The notes beneath the pieces are model-generated. The model worked only from the letters and a program-made list of their open reading frames with translations. It was not told the origin of the DNA and made no database searches. This document shows positions 20,043 to 29,079 of a stretch of DNA of 64,000 nucleotides, in pieces; the stretch's first letter is position 1; each line of letters opens with the position of its first letter. Origin of the DNA: Vulcanimicrobiota bacterium (lineage in GTDB: Bacteria; Vulcanimicrobiota; Vulcanimicrobiia; Eremiobacterales; Eremiobacteraceae); NCBI GenBank assembly GCA_963812135.1, contig CAWETU010000001.1:864001-928000 (forward strand). Direction: 5' to 3'. The translations under genes and the position numbers were made by a program.

Positions 20043-20936
20043 CTAGAGCAGCGCGCCGGTCGACTTAGCGACCGTCGCCGCGCCGTTGACCGCGTTGACC
20101 AGGTAATCGCCGTCGGGCAATGCCTTGCCCTTGAACGGCATGACGATGCTGATGAACCCCGTGGTCGTGCGCGGCGGAATGGTGAGCGCGATCGAGGCCT
20201 TCACGCCGGGCGCCTTCGGAGGCGCGAGTGTAAAGCCATCGATGTCGACCTTGGTCTCGCTCGCGTTGGTCAGCGCGAAGGTGACTTCGTAATGCAGCCC
20301 GCCGCCGGCGACGTCGACTTTGGACACCTCAACGCCGTCAACGCTCGCGCCGCCTTTGGGATCCTTGACATCAAGCGGAACGAACGGCAGGTCGGTCGGT
20401 GGCAAGTCCGCCGAACCGGTGACGAGCGTCTTGTCTTTGTCGTCAGCGAACGTCATGGTCACGGATTTCACGAAGCCCGCATCTTTTTTCGTCTTGAAGG
20501 CGACGAGCGCGACGTCGGTGGTCGTGCCGGGCGGGATCGTCAACGCCATCTTGGTTTCGCCGATCGCAGCGCCGGCGTCACCGGTGATCGTGAGTTTCGA
20601 GACGGTGATGGCTTTGGCGGTCGGGTTCTTGAGCGCGTACGCGAGCTCTAAGTAACGCGGCGCCTTGGTGGGATCGGATTCTGACCCGTCATACGCGTAC
20701 CGGCCGGACGCGCTCGCGACGCTCAGCGCATCGGTTGCAGCCGGAGCACCGGACGCGCTCGGCGAGGCACCGCTGGCAAGCGGGACCGGCGAAACGTTGG
20801 TGTTCGGGTTCTGACCCACGGGCTGCTGCGGACCCGGAACTGGCGGTGAGCCGAAGCCGGCGTTCTGGCTGCAGGCCGTGAAAAGCGCAGCGGCTGCGCA
20901 CAGCGCCGCCGCGACGGATAAAGCACTCTTGGGCAT
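20043..20936 (-). CDS. lipoprotein of unknown function
   Basis: Lipobox FTACSQ; two similar beta-rich modules (...LKNPT...LTIPPGTTT / ...LTNAS...LTIPPRTTT). Confidence 0.7.
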   Translation of the reverse strand: MPKSALSVAAALCAAAALFTACSQNAGFGSPPVPGPQQPVGQNPNTNVSPVPLASGASPSASGAPAATDALSVASASGRYAYDGSESDPTKAPRYLELAYALKNPTAKAITVSKLTITGDAGAAIGETKMALTIPPGTTTDVALVAFKTKKDAGFVKSVTMTFADDKDKTLVTGSADLPPTDLPFVPLDVKDPKGGASVDGVEVSKVDVAGGGLHYEVTFALTNASETKVDIDGFTLAPPKAPGVKASIALTIPPRTTTGFISIVMPFKGKALPDGDYLVNAVNGAATVAKSTGALL

Positions 20937-20989
20937 AGACGCGGCTGATTCGGCACCGCCGCCTGGGGGGCCTCCGGTACGCATGCTTG

Positions 20990-21601
20990 CTAGGGTGCAG
21001 CAGACGCAGGAGCCGGGCCTGAAGCAAGCGGCCAGGGGTTATGGATCTCAAGCCGCCTCATGTCTCGCGGATAGGTCGTCGTATATCGCGCGAGCCAGTC
21101 CTCTGAGAGAACAGCGAGATATTCAAAATTCTCCCACAGGGCAGGGTCGTTATCGACCTCGCGCAAGAATGCGGTCAGATTCGAGAGACGGTTCCACAAC
21201 CCAAGCACCGGCGCGCAAAAGCCCTCGACGAACATATGCTGATCGATGACCCCATTCCGCACGAGCACACCTAATTGCTCGTACGTGTTGGCAACAGTGA
21301 CCACGGCTGTGCGCACTCGCTGATGCGTCGGGTCGATCTTCGGCAGCGTCTCGTTCCGAATTTGCGCTTCCCAATAGCCGCGAAAGGCAGGATCGTCGAG
21401 GGCGCCAGCCAGATCCGTGCGGATCACACTCATCGAGTCGTCGAACGCTTTGCCGTTGATGAGTTCAGCAATGCTGAGAATAGCGTTGATTTGATTGCCG
21501 GCTCGCAAATGCCGCAGCTGGACAAGTGCGGCGATCGCGGTTGCAGCCACGATGACGACCGTGGTGAGCGTTCCGATAGTGCTGAGCAGCTCAAGGGACA
21601 T
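20990..21601 (-). CDS. DUF4760-like single-TM protein (paralog 1)
   Basis: N-terminal TM followed by QLRHLRAGNQ; YEQLGVLVRNGVID; WENFEYLA. Confidence 0.65.
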   Translation of the reverse strand: MSLELLSTIGTLTTVVIVAATAIAALVQLRHLRAGNQINAILSIAELINGKAFDDSMSVIRTDLAGALDDPAFRGYWEAQIRNETLPKIDPTHQRVRTAVVTVANTYEQLGVLVRNGVIDQHMFVEGFCAPVLGLWNRLSNLTAFLREVDNDPALWENFEYLAVLSEDWLARYTTTYPRDMRRLEIHNPWPLASGPAPASAAP

Positions 21602-21696
21602 AGCGGCCTCCAACCTCATCCAAGCCGGTCCGACAAGGGCCGGCGTCGGTTACATTTGCGGTTAGAAGTTTGCTCGTCGGAGCGCAGCGCCTCTTG

Positions 21697-21966
21697 TCAG
21701 CCTTCAGGTAGCACTACGTCGTCGAGGTAGCAATACCGCCAATCCTCGCCCGGCTGGAACGATTGGATGATCGGGTGCTGCGTCTTATGGAAGTGTTTGG
21801 TCGCGTGCCTGTTCGGCGAGTCATCGCAGCAGCCGACGTGCCCGCATTCCAAACACAGCCGTAAATGGACCCAGTCGCTGCCGGTCTTCAAGCATTCCTC
21901 GCAGCCTTCTGGCGTCTGCGGCTTGACGTTCTTGATGTGATCGAGATGTGAGCATTCGGCAATCAT
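21697..21966 (-). CDS. UBP-type zinc finger protein
   Basis: CEECLK...WVHLRLCLECGHVGCCDDSPNRHATKH. Confidence 0.88.
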   Translation of the reverse strand: MIAECSHLDHIKNVKPQTPEGCEECLKTGSDWVHLRLCLECGHVGCCDDSPNRHATKHFHKTQHPIIQSFQPGEDWRYCYLDDVVLPEG

Positions 21967-21990
21967 GGCGTCTCCTCGCAAAGACCCTTC

Positions 21991-22824
21991 CTAGAAGAAC
22001 GGATTGTGCGCACGCTCTTGCCCGATAGTCGACGGCGGCCCGTGACCGGGCAAGACGACCGTGTCATCCGGCAGCGTAAAAATCTTGATTTTGGTGGCCT
22101 CTAGGAGATCGTCGTATCCGAACCGGTCGCCGAAGATGCCGCCGATCGATCCCGCGAAGAGCGTGTCGCCCGTGAAGGCCGAGCTTTGATAGATGAAGCA
22201 GATCGACCCGTCCGTGTGGCCGGGCGTGTGGACGACTTTGATGACGCCATCGCCGAACGGTAGCGAATCGCCGTCGTCGACGTTGACGGCGCCGTTGGCG
22301 AGATCGCCGAGCGCGGGAGCGTCGAGCCGATGCACCGCGATGCGCGCGTCCGGAAATGCTTTGCGCAGATCGGGCACGCCATCGATGTGATCGGCATGCT
22401 TATGCGTGACCAAAATATAGTTGAGCGCCACGGGCGAGCGCTTCAACGTCTGCACGATGTTCGGCACGCTGCCGCCAGGATCGACGAACGCGGCGAGCCG
22501 CTGCTGTTCGAGGATCACGAAATATCCGTTGCTCGGGTGCGGTTTGTTGACTTGATGGCCGATGTGCGGCGGTAGCGGCGTTTCGGCCGGCTTCCAACGC
22601 GCGAAGGCGATGTCGGCGAGCCGCCCCGGATCGAGCCCGAGCGCTTTGGCGAGCGCGCGGGCTTCATCTTCGGTCGGCAGCGCGGCGTCGCGCGCGAACT
22701 GCTCGACGCGTACCGGATCCGCTCCGGCCAAAACGGCGAGCTGCGCGTTGGAGAGATCCTTTGCGCGCGCCGTCTTGCGGACGATGTCGCCGAAAGTGTC
22801 TTCGAGGTCAAGTTTGACGATCAT
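21991..22824 (-). CDS. MBL-fold metallo-hydrolase with N-terminal HTH-like domain
   Basis: THKHADHID, HTPGHT, FTGDTLF, PGHGP; XRE-like N-terminus. Confidence 0.85.
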   Translation of the reverse strand: MIVKLDLEDTFGDIVRKTARAKDLSNAQLAVLAGADPVRVEQFARDAALPTEDEARALAKALGLDPGRLADIAFARWKPAETPLPPHIGHQVNKPHPSNGYFVILEQQRLAAFVDPGGSVPNIVQTLKRSPVALNYILVTHKHADHIDGVPDLRKAFPDARIAVHRLDAPALGDLANGAVNVDDGDSLPFGDGVIKVVHTPGHTDGSICFIYQSSAFTGDTLFAGSIGGIFGDRFGYDDLLEATKIKIFTLPDDTVVLPGHGPPSTIGQERAHNPFF

Positions 22825-22859
22825 GGGCGGCCGCTCTTACGCATGGAGCGGCCGAAGCC

Positions 22860-24425
22860 CTATTCGGCCGGAGCCGCCGGTGTGTGGCCGCTGAGCGGGG
22901 GCGGCTTGAAGAATGGGATGATGAACATCGTCACGATGAGCGCGATCCCAAGGACCAGCGACGCATCTTGGAAGCCGGCGACGAACGCCTGAGTGTAAAG
23001 GCGGCCGTACAGCGCTGCGATGGCCTGCTGGGAGGCGGTCACCGCGTCGGAGCCGCCTCGCGCGATGAAACCCGCGCTGATGGCCGCAAGCTGCGCTTGA
23101 GTCGCGTGCGAGAACACCGTGAGAGACTCACCGAAACGCTCAAAGTGATACCGTTCGCGGTTGACGAGGAACGTCGCCAAAATCGCGATGCCGAACGAAC
23201 CACCTAACGTACGCGTCAGGTTGAAGAGCGACGAGCCGTCAGCTCGCTCGCGCGGTTTGAGGCTCGTCAGCGAGAGCGCGCCGATCGAGGTGAACATGAG
23301 CGGCAACGACGCGCCGCGGATGATCTGAATCCAGGCCAGCTCCGCGTAGCTCGTGTTCAGATCGACGCGGCTTTGGAGATAGAGCGCGCACGCGAAGACC
23401 AACAACCCGAGTCCGATCAGGATCCGGGCGTCGACGAACGCCGACGCGCGCCCGACGAGCGGGAACATCACGAGACTCACGATCGCGGCCGGCAATAGCA
23501 ACAGGCCGATCTGCAGCGCGGTGTAGTGCAATAAGTTGCCGGTGAACAACGGCACGAGGAAGAGCATGCCGAACAGCGCCGCGCCAAGCATCGCGCCAGC
23601 GAACGAACCGAGGGTGAAGTTGCGGTTCTTGAAGATCCGGACGTTGATGAGCGGATGTTCTTCGGTCAGCTCGACATAAAGGAACGCCACGAACGACATC
23701 AGCGACACGAAGCTCATCCAGAAGATGAACGGCGACTGGAACCAGTCATCCTTTTGGCCCTCTTGCAGCACGAGCTGCAGCGTGCCAAGCCACGTCGCGA
23801 CGAAGATCAGCCCCCAGTAGTCGATCGGCGCCGTCGCGCGACCCGCGGTCAGGTCTCGATTCTCGTGGATGAAGAGTAACGTGAAGAAGATCGACAGCGC
23901 CACGAGCGGCACGTTGACGAAGAAGATCCAGGGCCACGAGAGCGTGTCGGTGAGCCAGCCGCCGAGCGTGGGGCCGATCGCGGGACCCAGGGTAGCACCG
24001 ATGCCGTACAGCGCTGACGCCATCGCGAACTCTTGCGGGGGGAACGCTTCGAGCAAAATGGTGAGCGAGACCGGCAGAATCGCGCCGCCGCCGATGCCCT
24101 GCAAAATGCGGAAGAAGATAAGGGAGTTGAGGCTCCAGGACAGTCCGCATAGCAACGACGCGATCACAAAGACGAACTGGCTCATCACGAAGTAGCGGCG
24201 CAAGCCGAAGATGCTCGACAGCCACCCGGTGGTCGGTATGATGATGACGTTGCTGATCAGATAACCGGTGATGACCCAGTCGATCTCATCCACGCCCGCG
24301 CCGAAGGACGACTGCATGTTCGGGATCGCGACGTTGACGATGCTCGCGTCGAGCACCGCGGTCAAAGCCGCCAGCATGACCGGTATCGAGATCAGCCATT
24401 TGTTGCCGATCAGGCGAGAGGGCAT
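22860..24425 (-). CDS. emrB: DHA2-family MFS efflux permease (EmrB-like)
   Basis: LDASIVNVAIP, WVITGYL, RILQGIGGG, GPAIGPTLGG, WIFFVNVP. Confidence 0.9.
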   Translation of the reverse strand: MPSRLIGNKWLISIPVMLAALTAVLDASIVNVAIPNMQSSFGAGVDEIDWVITGYLISNVIIIPTTGWLSSIFGLRRYFVMSQFVFVIASLLCGLSWSLNSLIFFRILQGIGGGAILPVSLTILLEAFPPQEFAMASALYGIGATLGPAIGPTLGGWLTDTLSWPWIFFVNVPLVALSIFFTLLFIHENRDLTAGRATAPIDYWGLIFVATWLGTLQLVLQEGQKDDWFQSPFIFWMSFVSLMSFVAFLYVELTEEHPLINVRIFKNRNFTLGSFAGAMLGAALFGMLFLVPLFTGNLLHYTALQIGLLLLPAAIVSLVMFPLVGRASAFVDARILIGLGLLVFACALYLQSRVDLNTSYAELAWIQIIRGASLPLMFTSIGALSLTSLKPRERADGSSLFNLTRTLGGSFGIAILATFLVNRERYHFERFGESLTVFSHATQAQLAAISAGFIARGGSDAVTASQQAIAALYGRLYTQAFVAGFQDASLVLGIALIVTMFIIPFFKPPPLSGHTPAAPAE

Positions 24426-24431
24426 GTGAGC

Positions 24432-25658
24432 CTAGTGGTTGCTCGTGTCGATCGTGATTTGCGCGGAGAGGCCCTGTCGCAAGAGATTGTTCGGATCCGA
24501 CTCATGATCGATCTTGATGCGCACGGGCACGCGCTGCACCACCTTGGTGAAATTGCCGGTGGCATTGTCGGGCGGAATCAACGCGAACGTCGATCCGGTC
24601 GCCGGCGCCACGCTCTCGACCGTACCGCGGAACTTCTCGCGCGGGTACGCGTCCACTTTGATGGACACCGGTTGGCCCACGCGCACGTTGGTCAACTGCG
24701 TCTCTTTGAGGTTGGCGGTGATCCAGATGTCCGTCGGATCGACGACCGCCATGAGCGCCTGGCCCGGATTGACGAAGTCGCCGACGTTGACCGAGCGCTT
24801 GCTGACGACGCCGTCGATCGGCGCTCGGATCGTGGCGTACGAGAGCTGCAGCTTCGCCGCATCGAGCGCGGCTTGCGCCGATTTCACTTGCGCCGCGCTG
24901 GTATACGCTTGCGCCTGTTTGATCTGCGTGGTATCGGACTCAGCCTGAGCCTGGATCAGGCCCGCGCTGTTGCCTGCGAGTTGCGCTTCAGCTCGCTGGA
25001 CGCCGGCCTGAGCCTCCTTGACGTTTTGGGCGGCAGAATCGCGCGCAGAGACAGCCGACTGATACGCGCTATACGTCGCGTCGGCTTCGGCTTGGGAGAT
25101 CGCGCCCTGCGCGACCAGCTGGCTCGCGCGCTGCTCGTCTTTGGCCGCCTTGACCAGGTTGGCTTCCGCGGCTTTGAGTTGCGCTTGCGCCGACATCAAC
25201 GCCGCTTGCGCGCTCGTGACGCCGCTTTCGCCTTGCCCGATGCCGGCATTGGCTTGCGCGATCTGCGCGGTCGACAGTTGCGCTTGTTGCGGCACGCCGA
25301 TCACTGCAGCCTTGTACGAAGCGACCGCCTGCGCCAACGTCGCGGCGGCCTGGTCGACCGCGGCTTTTAGGTCGCGGGCGTCGAGCTTGACGAGGATGTC
25401 GCCCTTGTGCACGGTCGAATTGTCGTTGACGAAGATATCGGTGACTTGGCCCTTCACCTTGGGAGCGATCGTCGTGATGTTGCCGTCGACCTGCGCGTCA
25501 TCGGTGGACACGTGGCGCGAAGCATAGATAAGATAAGGAATGCCTATGATGAGGATGAGGGCTGCCACGCCGATGATGATCGGGATGACGACTCGTCGCC
25601 GGCTGGGTTTTTGGTCTGGCGCCTCTGCAACCACGGGCCGTTCTTGTGCTGCAATCAT
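24432..25658 (-). CDS. emrA: HlyD-family efflux adaptor (EmrA-like)
   Basis: STDDAQV, IRAPIDGVV, PPDNATGNFTKVVQRVPVRI. Confidence 0.92.
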   Translation of the reverse strand: MIAAQERPVVAEAPDQKPSRRRVVIPIIIGVAALILIIGIPYLIYASRHVSTDDAQVDGNITTIAPKVKGQVTDIFVNDNSTVHKGDILVKLDARDLKAAVDQAAATLAQAVASYKAAVIGVPQQAQLSTAQIAQANAGIGQGESGVTSAQAALMSAQAQLKAAEANLVKAAKDEQRASQLVAQGAISQAEADATYSAYQSAVSARDSAAQNVKEAQAGVQRAEAQLAGNSAGLIQAQAESDTTQIKQAQAYTSAAQVKSAQAALDAAKLQLSYATIRAPIDGVVSKRSVNVGDFVNPGQALMAVVDPTDIWITANLKETQLTNVRVGQPVSIKVDAYPREKFRGTVESVAPATGSTFALIPPDNATGNFTKVVQRVPVRIKIDHESDPNNLLRQGLSAQITIDTSNH

Positions 25659-25669
25659 TGAAGCGTTTT

Positions 25670-26227
25670 CTATTCCGTGAAGGGTCCGATCGGCGTGATC
25701 GGTAGTTCGCGAATGTGCTCACGCAAGCTGTCCAGCCAGGCCACGAGTTTTGTCTTCTGCTCGAGAGAAAGACAGCTGCCGATCCGCTTGACGAGCTCTT
25801 GGTGGCGCGGCGAGAACCACGCTATGAACTTCTTACCCTTTTCGGTGAGCTCGGCGAGCATCATCCGGCGATCGTCGGGATGATCGACGCGCCGCACGAG
25901 GCCGTCCTTGACCAGTCCGTCGATGAGGCCGGTGATGTTGGCGCGCGTGACGACCAAGTATTCGCCTATATCCGAGAGCGGCATACGCTTTTCGGGTTGG
26001 GCATCAAGGGTCATCAAGATGTTAATCCGCCCAGGCGTCATCCGCATATCGCCCGCGGAGGCCTCGAGCATGTTGGTGAGTTCGCTGACGGTCCGCTTCA
26101 GGGTAACAATTAGGTTGACGGTATCGAAGTCGCCGTGCGCCTTGGCGCAGTAGCCTCGCAGGCCTGTGCGGAAGAGCGCCATATCGCTTTCCGGGACGCT
26201 GTCGGTTTGGGTTGGTTCGGTCTTCAT
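25670..26227 (-). CDS. MarR-family transcriptional regulator
   Basis: VTRANITGLIDGLVKDGLVRR...DDRR...LTEKG. Confidence 0.9.
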   Translation of the reverse strand: MKTEPTQTDSVPESDMALFRTGLRGYCAKAHGDFDTVNLIVTLKRTVSELTNMLEASAGDMRMTPGRINILMTLDAQPEKRMPLSDIGEYLVVTRANITGLIDGLVKDGLVRRVDHPDDRRMMLAELTEKGKKFIAWFSPRHQELVKRIGSCLSLEQKTKLVAWLDSLREHIRELPITPIGPFTE

Positions 26228-26264
26228 GCCAGCCTTTGTTTAGCTCCTAATGGTTAACAGGCTT

Positions 26265-26293
26265 ATTATATGGTCGGGAGGCAATCGTGTCAA
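26265..26293 (-). promoter_or_regulatory. consensus sigma70 promoter of marR-emrAB
   Basis: Minus strand TTGACA (26293-26288), 17 bp spacer, TATAAT (26270-26265). Confidence 0.85.
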
Positions 26294-26327
26294 GATTCGG
26301 CGGTGACGGGGTAGTACTTATACCCCC

Positions 26328-26355
26328 TTCAAAACGCGGCGTTTTTGGGAACACC
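26328..26355 (-). repeat. 28-bp inter-gene direct repeat copy 1
   Basis: Plus strand TTCAAAACGCGGCGTTTTTGGGAACACC; abuts the stop codon at 26356. Confidence 0.85.
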
Positions 26356-27072
26356 TTAATGGAGAGTGATTGTCACGGTCCTGGTCTCTCGACGATTGTA
26401 TAACGTCACCGTATAGCGATCCCCTTGATAGCCGCTCACGAAGTACTTGTAATCCGGTCCATATTGTTTTCGAGCTTGCGCGACGACCCGCTGGTTGTCC
26501 GGCGCATTCGGGTTGAGGAGCACAGCAATCGAGCCGAGAGCCACTGCAGCGATGACGCCGCCGACAACGATACCTAATCGCGGGTTTCTCCAAAATCGCT
26601 TTGCCGGCCCTAATTGGCTGGTGACGAACGCATCGACCGCAGGTGTCGTCAACCTGTTAAAGACCCAGAACGAGGTCGGGATGAGGAGCAGACCTATGAG
26701 GTAGTCGACCGGCTCCCTCTGTATTTGAAGTGCGAGAAAATCAAACGGCATTACGAAAGGCAGCATAAGACATACTATGGTCGAGCCACCGGCAGAAACA
26801 CCAGCGGTATAAGCGACGCTTCGAACGGGCCAAGCAGCGCCGCGATATAAAAAAACTCCAGCTCCGGCGGCCAGTAACTCGACCCCGAATCCTATTCCTT
26901 GGTGTGCTTGGATGGCGCGTATTAGGTTGAGGCCATCTTGAATGATCGCGCCTATACCATAGATTATCAGGACCAAGCCAACCGAGCGAAGTGTTTTCTC
27001 GGCCTCTGCGTTGCCAGCTTCCCAGGCGTCTAGCTCAGGTAGCTCCACGGACATCGAGCGGCCGTTAACCAT
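26356..27072 (-). CDS. hypothetical membrane protein (putative cassette gene)
   Basis: About 5 TM segments, AT-richer codons, flanked by repeats. Confidence 0.7.
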   Translation of the reverse strand: MVNGRSMSVELPELDAWEAGNAEAEKTLRSVGLVLIIYGIGAIIQDGLNLIRAIQAHQGIGFGVELLAAGAGVFLYRGAAWPVRSVAYTAGVSAGGSTIVCLMLPFVMPFDFLALQIQREPVDYLIGLLLIPTSFWVFNRLTTPAVDAFVTSQLGPAKRFWRNPRLGIVVGGVIAAVALGSIAVLLNPNAPDNQRVVAQARKQYGPDYKYFVSGYQGDRYTVTLYNRRETRTVTITLH

Positions 27073-27110
27073 ATATCGACACCCACCCTGTGGGCGAGAC
27101 AGTCAAGCCG

Positions 27111-27138
27111 TCCAAAATGCGGCACTCTTGGGAACACC
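27111..27138 (-). repeat. 28-bp inter-gene direct repeat copy 2
   Basis: Plus strand TCCAAAATGCGGCACTCTTGGGAACACC. Confidence 0.85.
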
Positions 27139-27156
27139 CCGACCCACGAATCGGCC

Positions 27157-27933
27157 TTACTCGCCCTTTCGAAGATCTCGTTCGATATCGTCGACCCGCG
27201 CGTCTAGCTGCCGTTTTCGTCTTGCCTTGATGATGTCGGCGAGGCTCGGATCGAAGTCTTCGATCGGACCTGTGTGGGTGTACGTTTCGAGCTCCAGCCC
27301 CATTCGATTGCATATTGACTGCACAATGGTGGCCATATCCGGAGGATCGGTGTCAATAAACCATCGTTCCTCTTCATTAGGGAAGCCAATTTGCGGCGAA
27401 GCAAAAGGCTTGCCCAAGTATAGTTCAAGCTCGTGAAAATCGAACTCCGGACAAACGAATCGTCGCAGTTGCGGCAAGGTTTCTGGATGGCATATAAATG
27501 AGCTGCCCCTTTGTCGCGTCCTCGCTCCTAACCGTGAATTTAGGTTATGAAAACCGAACGGCAGTTGAAAGGGGAACCAAGAATCCGGATTCACGACCGC
27601 TTCGCCGCGCTCACCGGCGATATGCTGAGGTGATATGACCACTGACCCCGCGAAATGGCCATTAGCGCTAGCGAGCGCGTACGCGAGCTGTGCGGCGAAC
27701 TCGTAGCGGATTTCCTCAAAAGCATAGCCGCCCGGGAGTGGCTCGCTCGCGCCGGTCATTCCTTGCATCACCCAATTCGAGTCTCTAGTCTTAGTCGCGT
27801 TGCCCCAGTGACTGCCGCGCGACGGGTGTGGTAAGCATAAGTCGAAATACCAGAGCAGGCCTGGGGCCCGCAGCGCGAATATTTTCGCCCGTGCGTGGGG
27901 TGCGTGGTCCTCTAGATTGACATCTGAACCCAT
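27157..27933 (-). CDS. hypothetical protein (putative cassette gene)
   Basis: 258 aa ORF lying between repeat copies 3 and 2; start uncertain. Confidence 0.55.
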   Translation of the reverse strand: MGSDVNLEDHAPHARAKIFALRAPGLLWYFDLCLPHPSRGSHWGNATKTRDSNWVMQGMTGASEPLPGGYAFEEIRYEFAAQLAYALASANGHFAGSVVISPQHIAGERGEAVVNPDSWFPFQLPFGFHNLNSRLGARTRQRGSSFICHPETLPQLRRFVCPEFDFHELELYLGKPFASPQIGFPNEEERWFIDTDPPDMATIVQSICNRMGLELETYTHTGPIEDFDPSLADIIKARRKRQLDARVDDIERDLRKGE

Positions 27934-27939
27934 CGCTTA

Positions 27940-27967
27940 TCCTAGATCCGGCATTCTTGGGAACACC
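27940..27967 (-). repeat. 28-bp inter-gene direct repeat copy 3
   Basis: Plus strand TCCTAGATCCGGCATTCTTGGGAACACC. Confidence 0.85.
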
Positions 27968-27976
27968 TTACGCCGA

Positions 27977-28591
27977 CTAATGGTATCGTGCGGCGAGTTT
28001 CTTAGCAAGCTCGATCGCGCCTTGCTTTGGGCTGCCACCTTTCCAGTATTCTGCGTCGACTAGAATCTCGTACGGTCCTGAGATCGCTCGGACCATTTCA
28101 CTTGATATCTCGACGAAGCGCTGCCCACGATACACGTAGGCCTTCGGGAAACCCAAGGTCTTGGTGTAGAAGGCGTAATCCCCGATGGCTCTCTCGGGGA
28201 CGCATTCTCCAATATGTGCGTAGCCAGGGTGAGTGCACTGGTCAACTGGTAGATGGATTCTTCTTGGGAAATCAGCGCTGCGTAGCACTGAGACTATAAG
28301 GAGCTCGAATGGCTTCGGCGCTTCTTTGCCTGAAATCACAATCGCGCCTAGGTCGATCCCAAAAGAAATGGCGCAATAGATTGAGCCATTGCGCTCCTTC
28401 CAATCATCCCCGGCGCGTTTGAGTACTGGATTCAGTCGTGAGAGATCGGCGTCCGTCACCAGCGGGCAGTGTGTCGGCGACTCGAACGCGGTCGCTGTCA
28501 GAGATGGTGACGGCGTAGGTCTGGATCCTGCGCTGCAGCCGCTTACGAGAACGGCCAGGCAGGCGCAAGCTACGACGGCCATGAGCCTCAT
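27977..28591 (-). CDS. lipoprotein (putative cassette gene)
   Basis: Signal with lipobox VSGCSA; ends AIELAKKLAARYH. Confidence 0.7.
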   Translation of the reverse strand: MRLMAVVACACLAVLVSGCSAGSRPTPSPSLTATAFESPTHCPLVTDADLSRLNPVLKRAGDDWKERNGSIYCAISFGIDLGAIVISGKEAPKPFELLIVSVLRSADFPRRIHLPVDQCTHPGYAHIGECVPERAIGDYAFYTKTLGFPKAYVYRGQRFVEISSEMVRAISGPYEILVDAEYWKGGSPKQGAIELAKKLAARYH

Positions 28592-28699
28592 GAGTATTGG
28601 TGCATCGTTATTAGATCGGAGTGCACAGCTCGGGAGTTCCTTTCAACGATTGCGCTACCTCTTCGACGCGTTTCGTGGCGAGAAAAGGCCGGCGACCGG

Positions 28700-29060
28700 A
28701 GGCACCGATCGCCGGCGAATCATCGCGGTCAGCGCCGTTGTGGCGCTCGGCACGGCGTTGCTCGGAATCGCTGCTCAATTGTGGTCGCTGAGCGCAGTGC
28801 TGTTCGCGATGGGCGTCGCTGCCGGGCTTCTCAACGTGCACATCGTGGCATGGTTCCAGCAGCGCGTCGAGCGCGACATGCTCGGTCGCGCGATGAGCGT
28901 GATCATGTTCGCGGCGGTGGGTTTGCAGCCCATCTCACTGGCGATCGCCGGCTTCGCCGTGACCTGGAGCGTCACTGGCATGTTCGCCGGCGCTGCCGCA
29001 CTGATGCTGCTGTTCACCACACTCGCTGCGTTTCAGGAACCGGTCCGGGAGATCCAATGA
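28700..29060 (+). pseudogene. C-terminal fragment of an MFS transporter
   Basis: Only the last ~4 TMs remain, with QQRVERDMLGRAMS; no N-terminal half. Confidence 0.7.
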
Positions 29061-29079
29061 ACATCCCCGGGCCCTGGCC

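Noticed and set aside
26328..27967. CRISPR array or canonical integron attC/dif interpretation of the 28-bp repeats
   Set aside because: The spacers are about 800 bp and contain genes, there are no cas or intI genes, no GTTRRRY/RYYYAAC boundaries and no XerD-like TTATGTTAAAT arm.
28389..28700. N-terminal half of the 223-aa ORF as part of a real gene
   Set aside because: It overlaps the antisense lipoprotein gene and is not MFS-like; only the 3' part is a transporter remnant.
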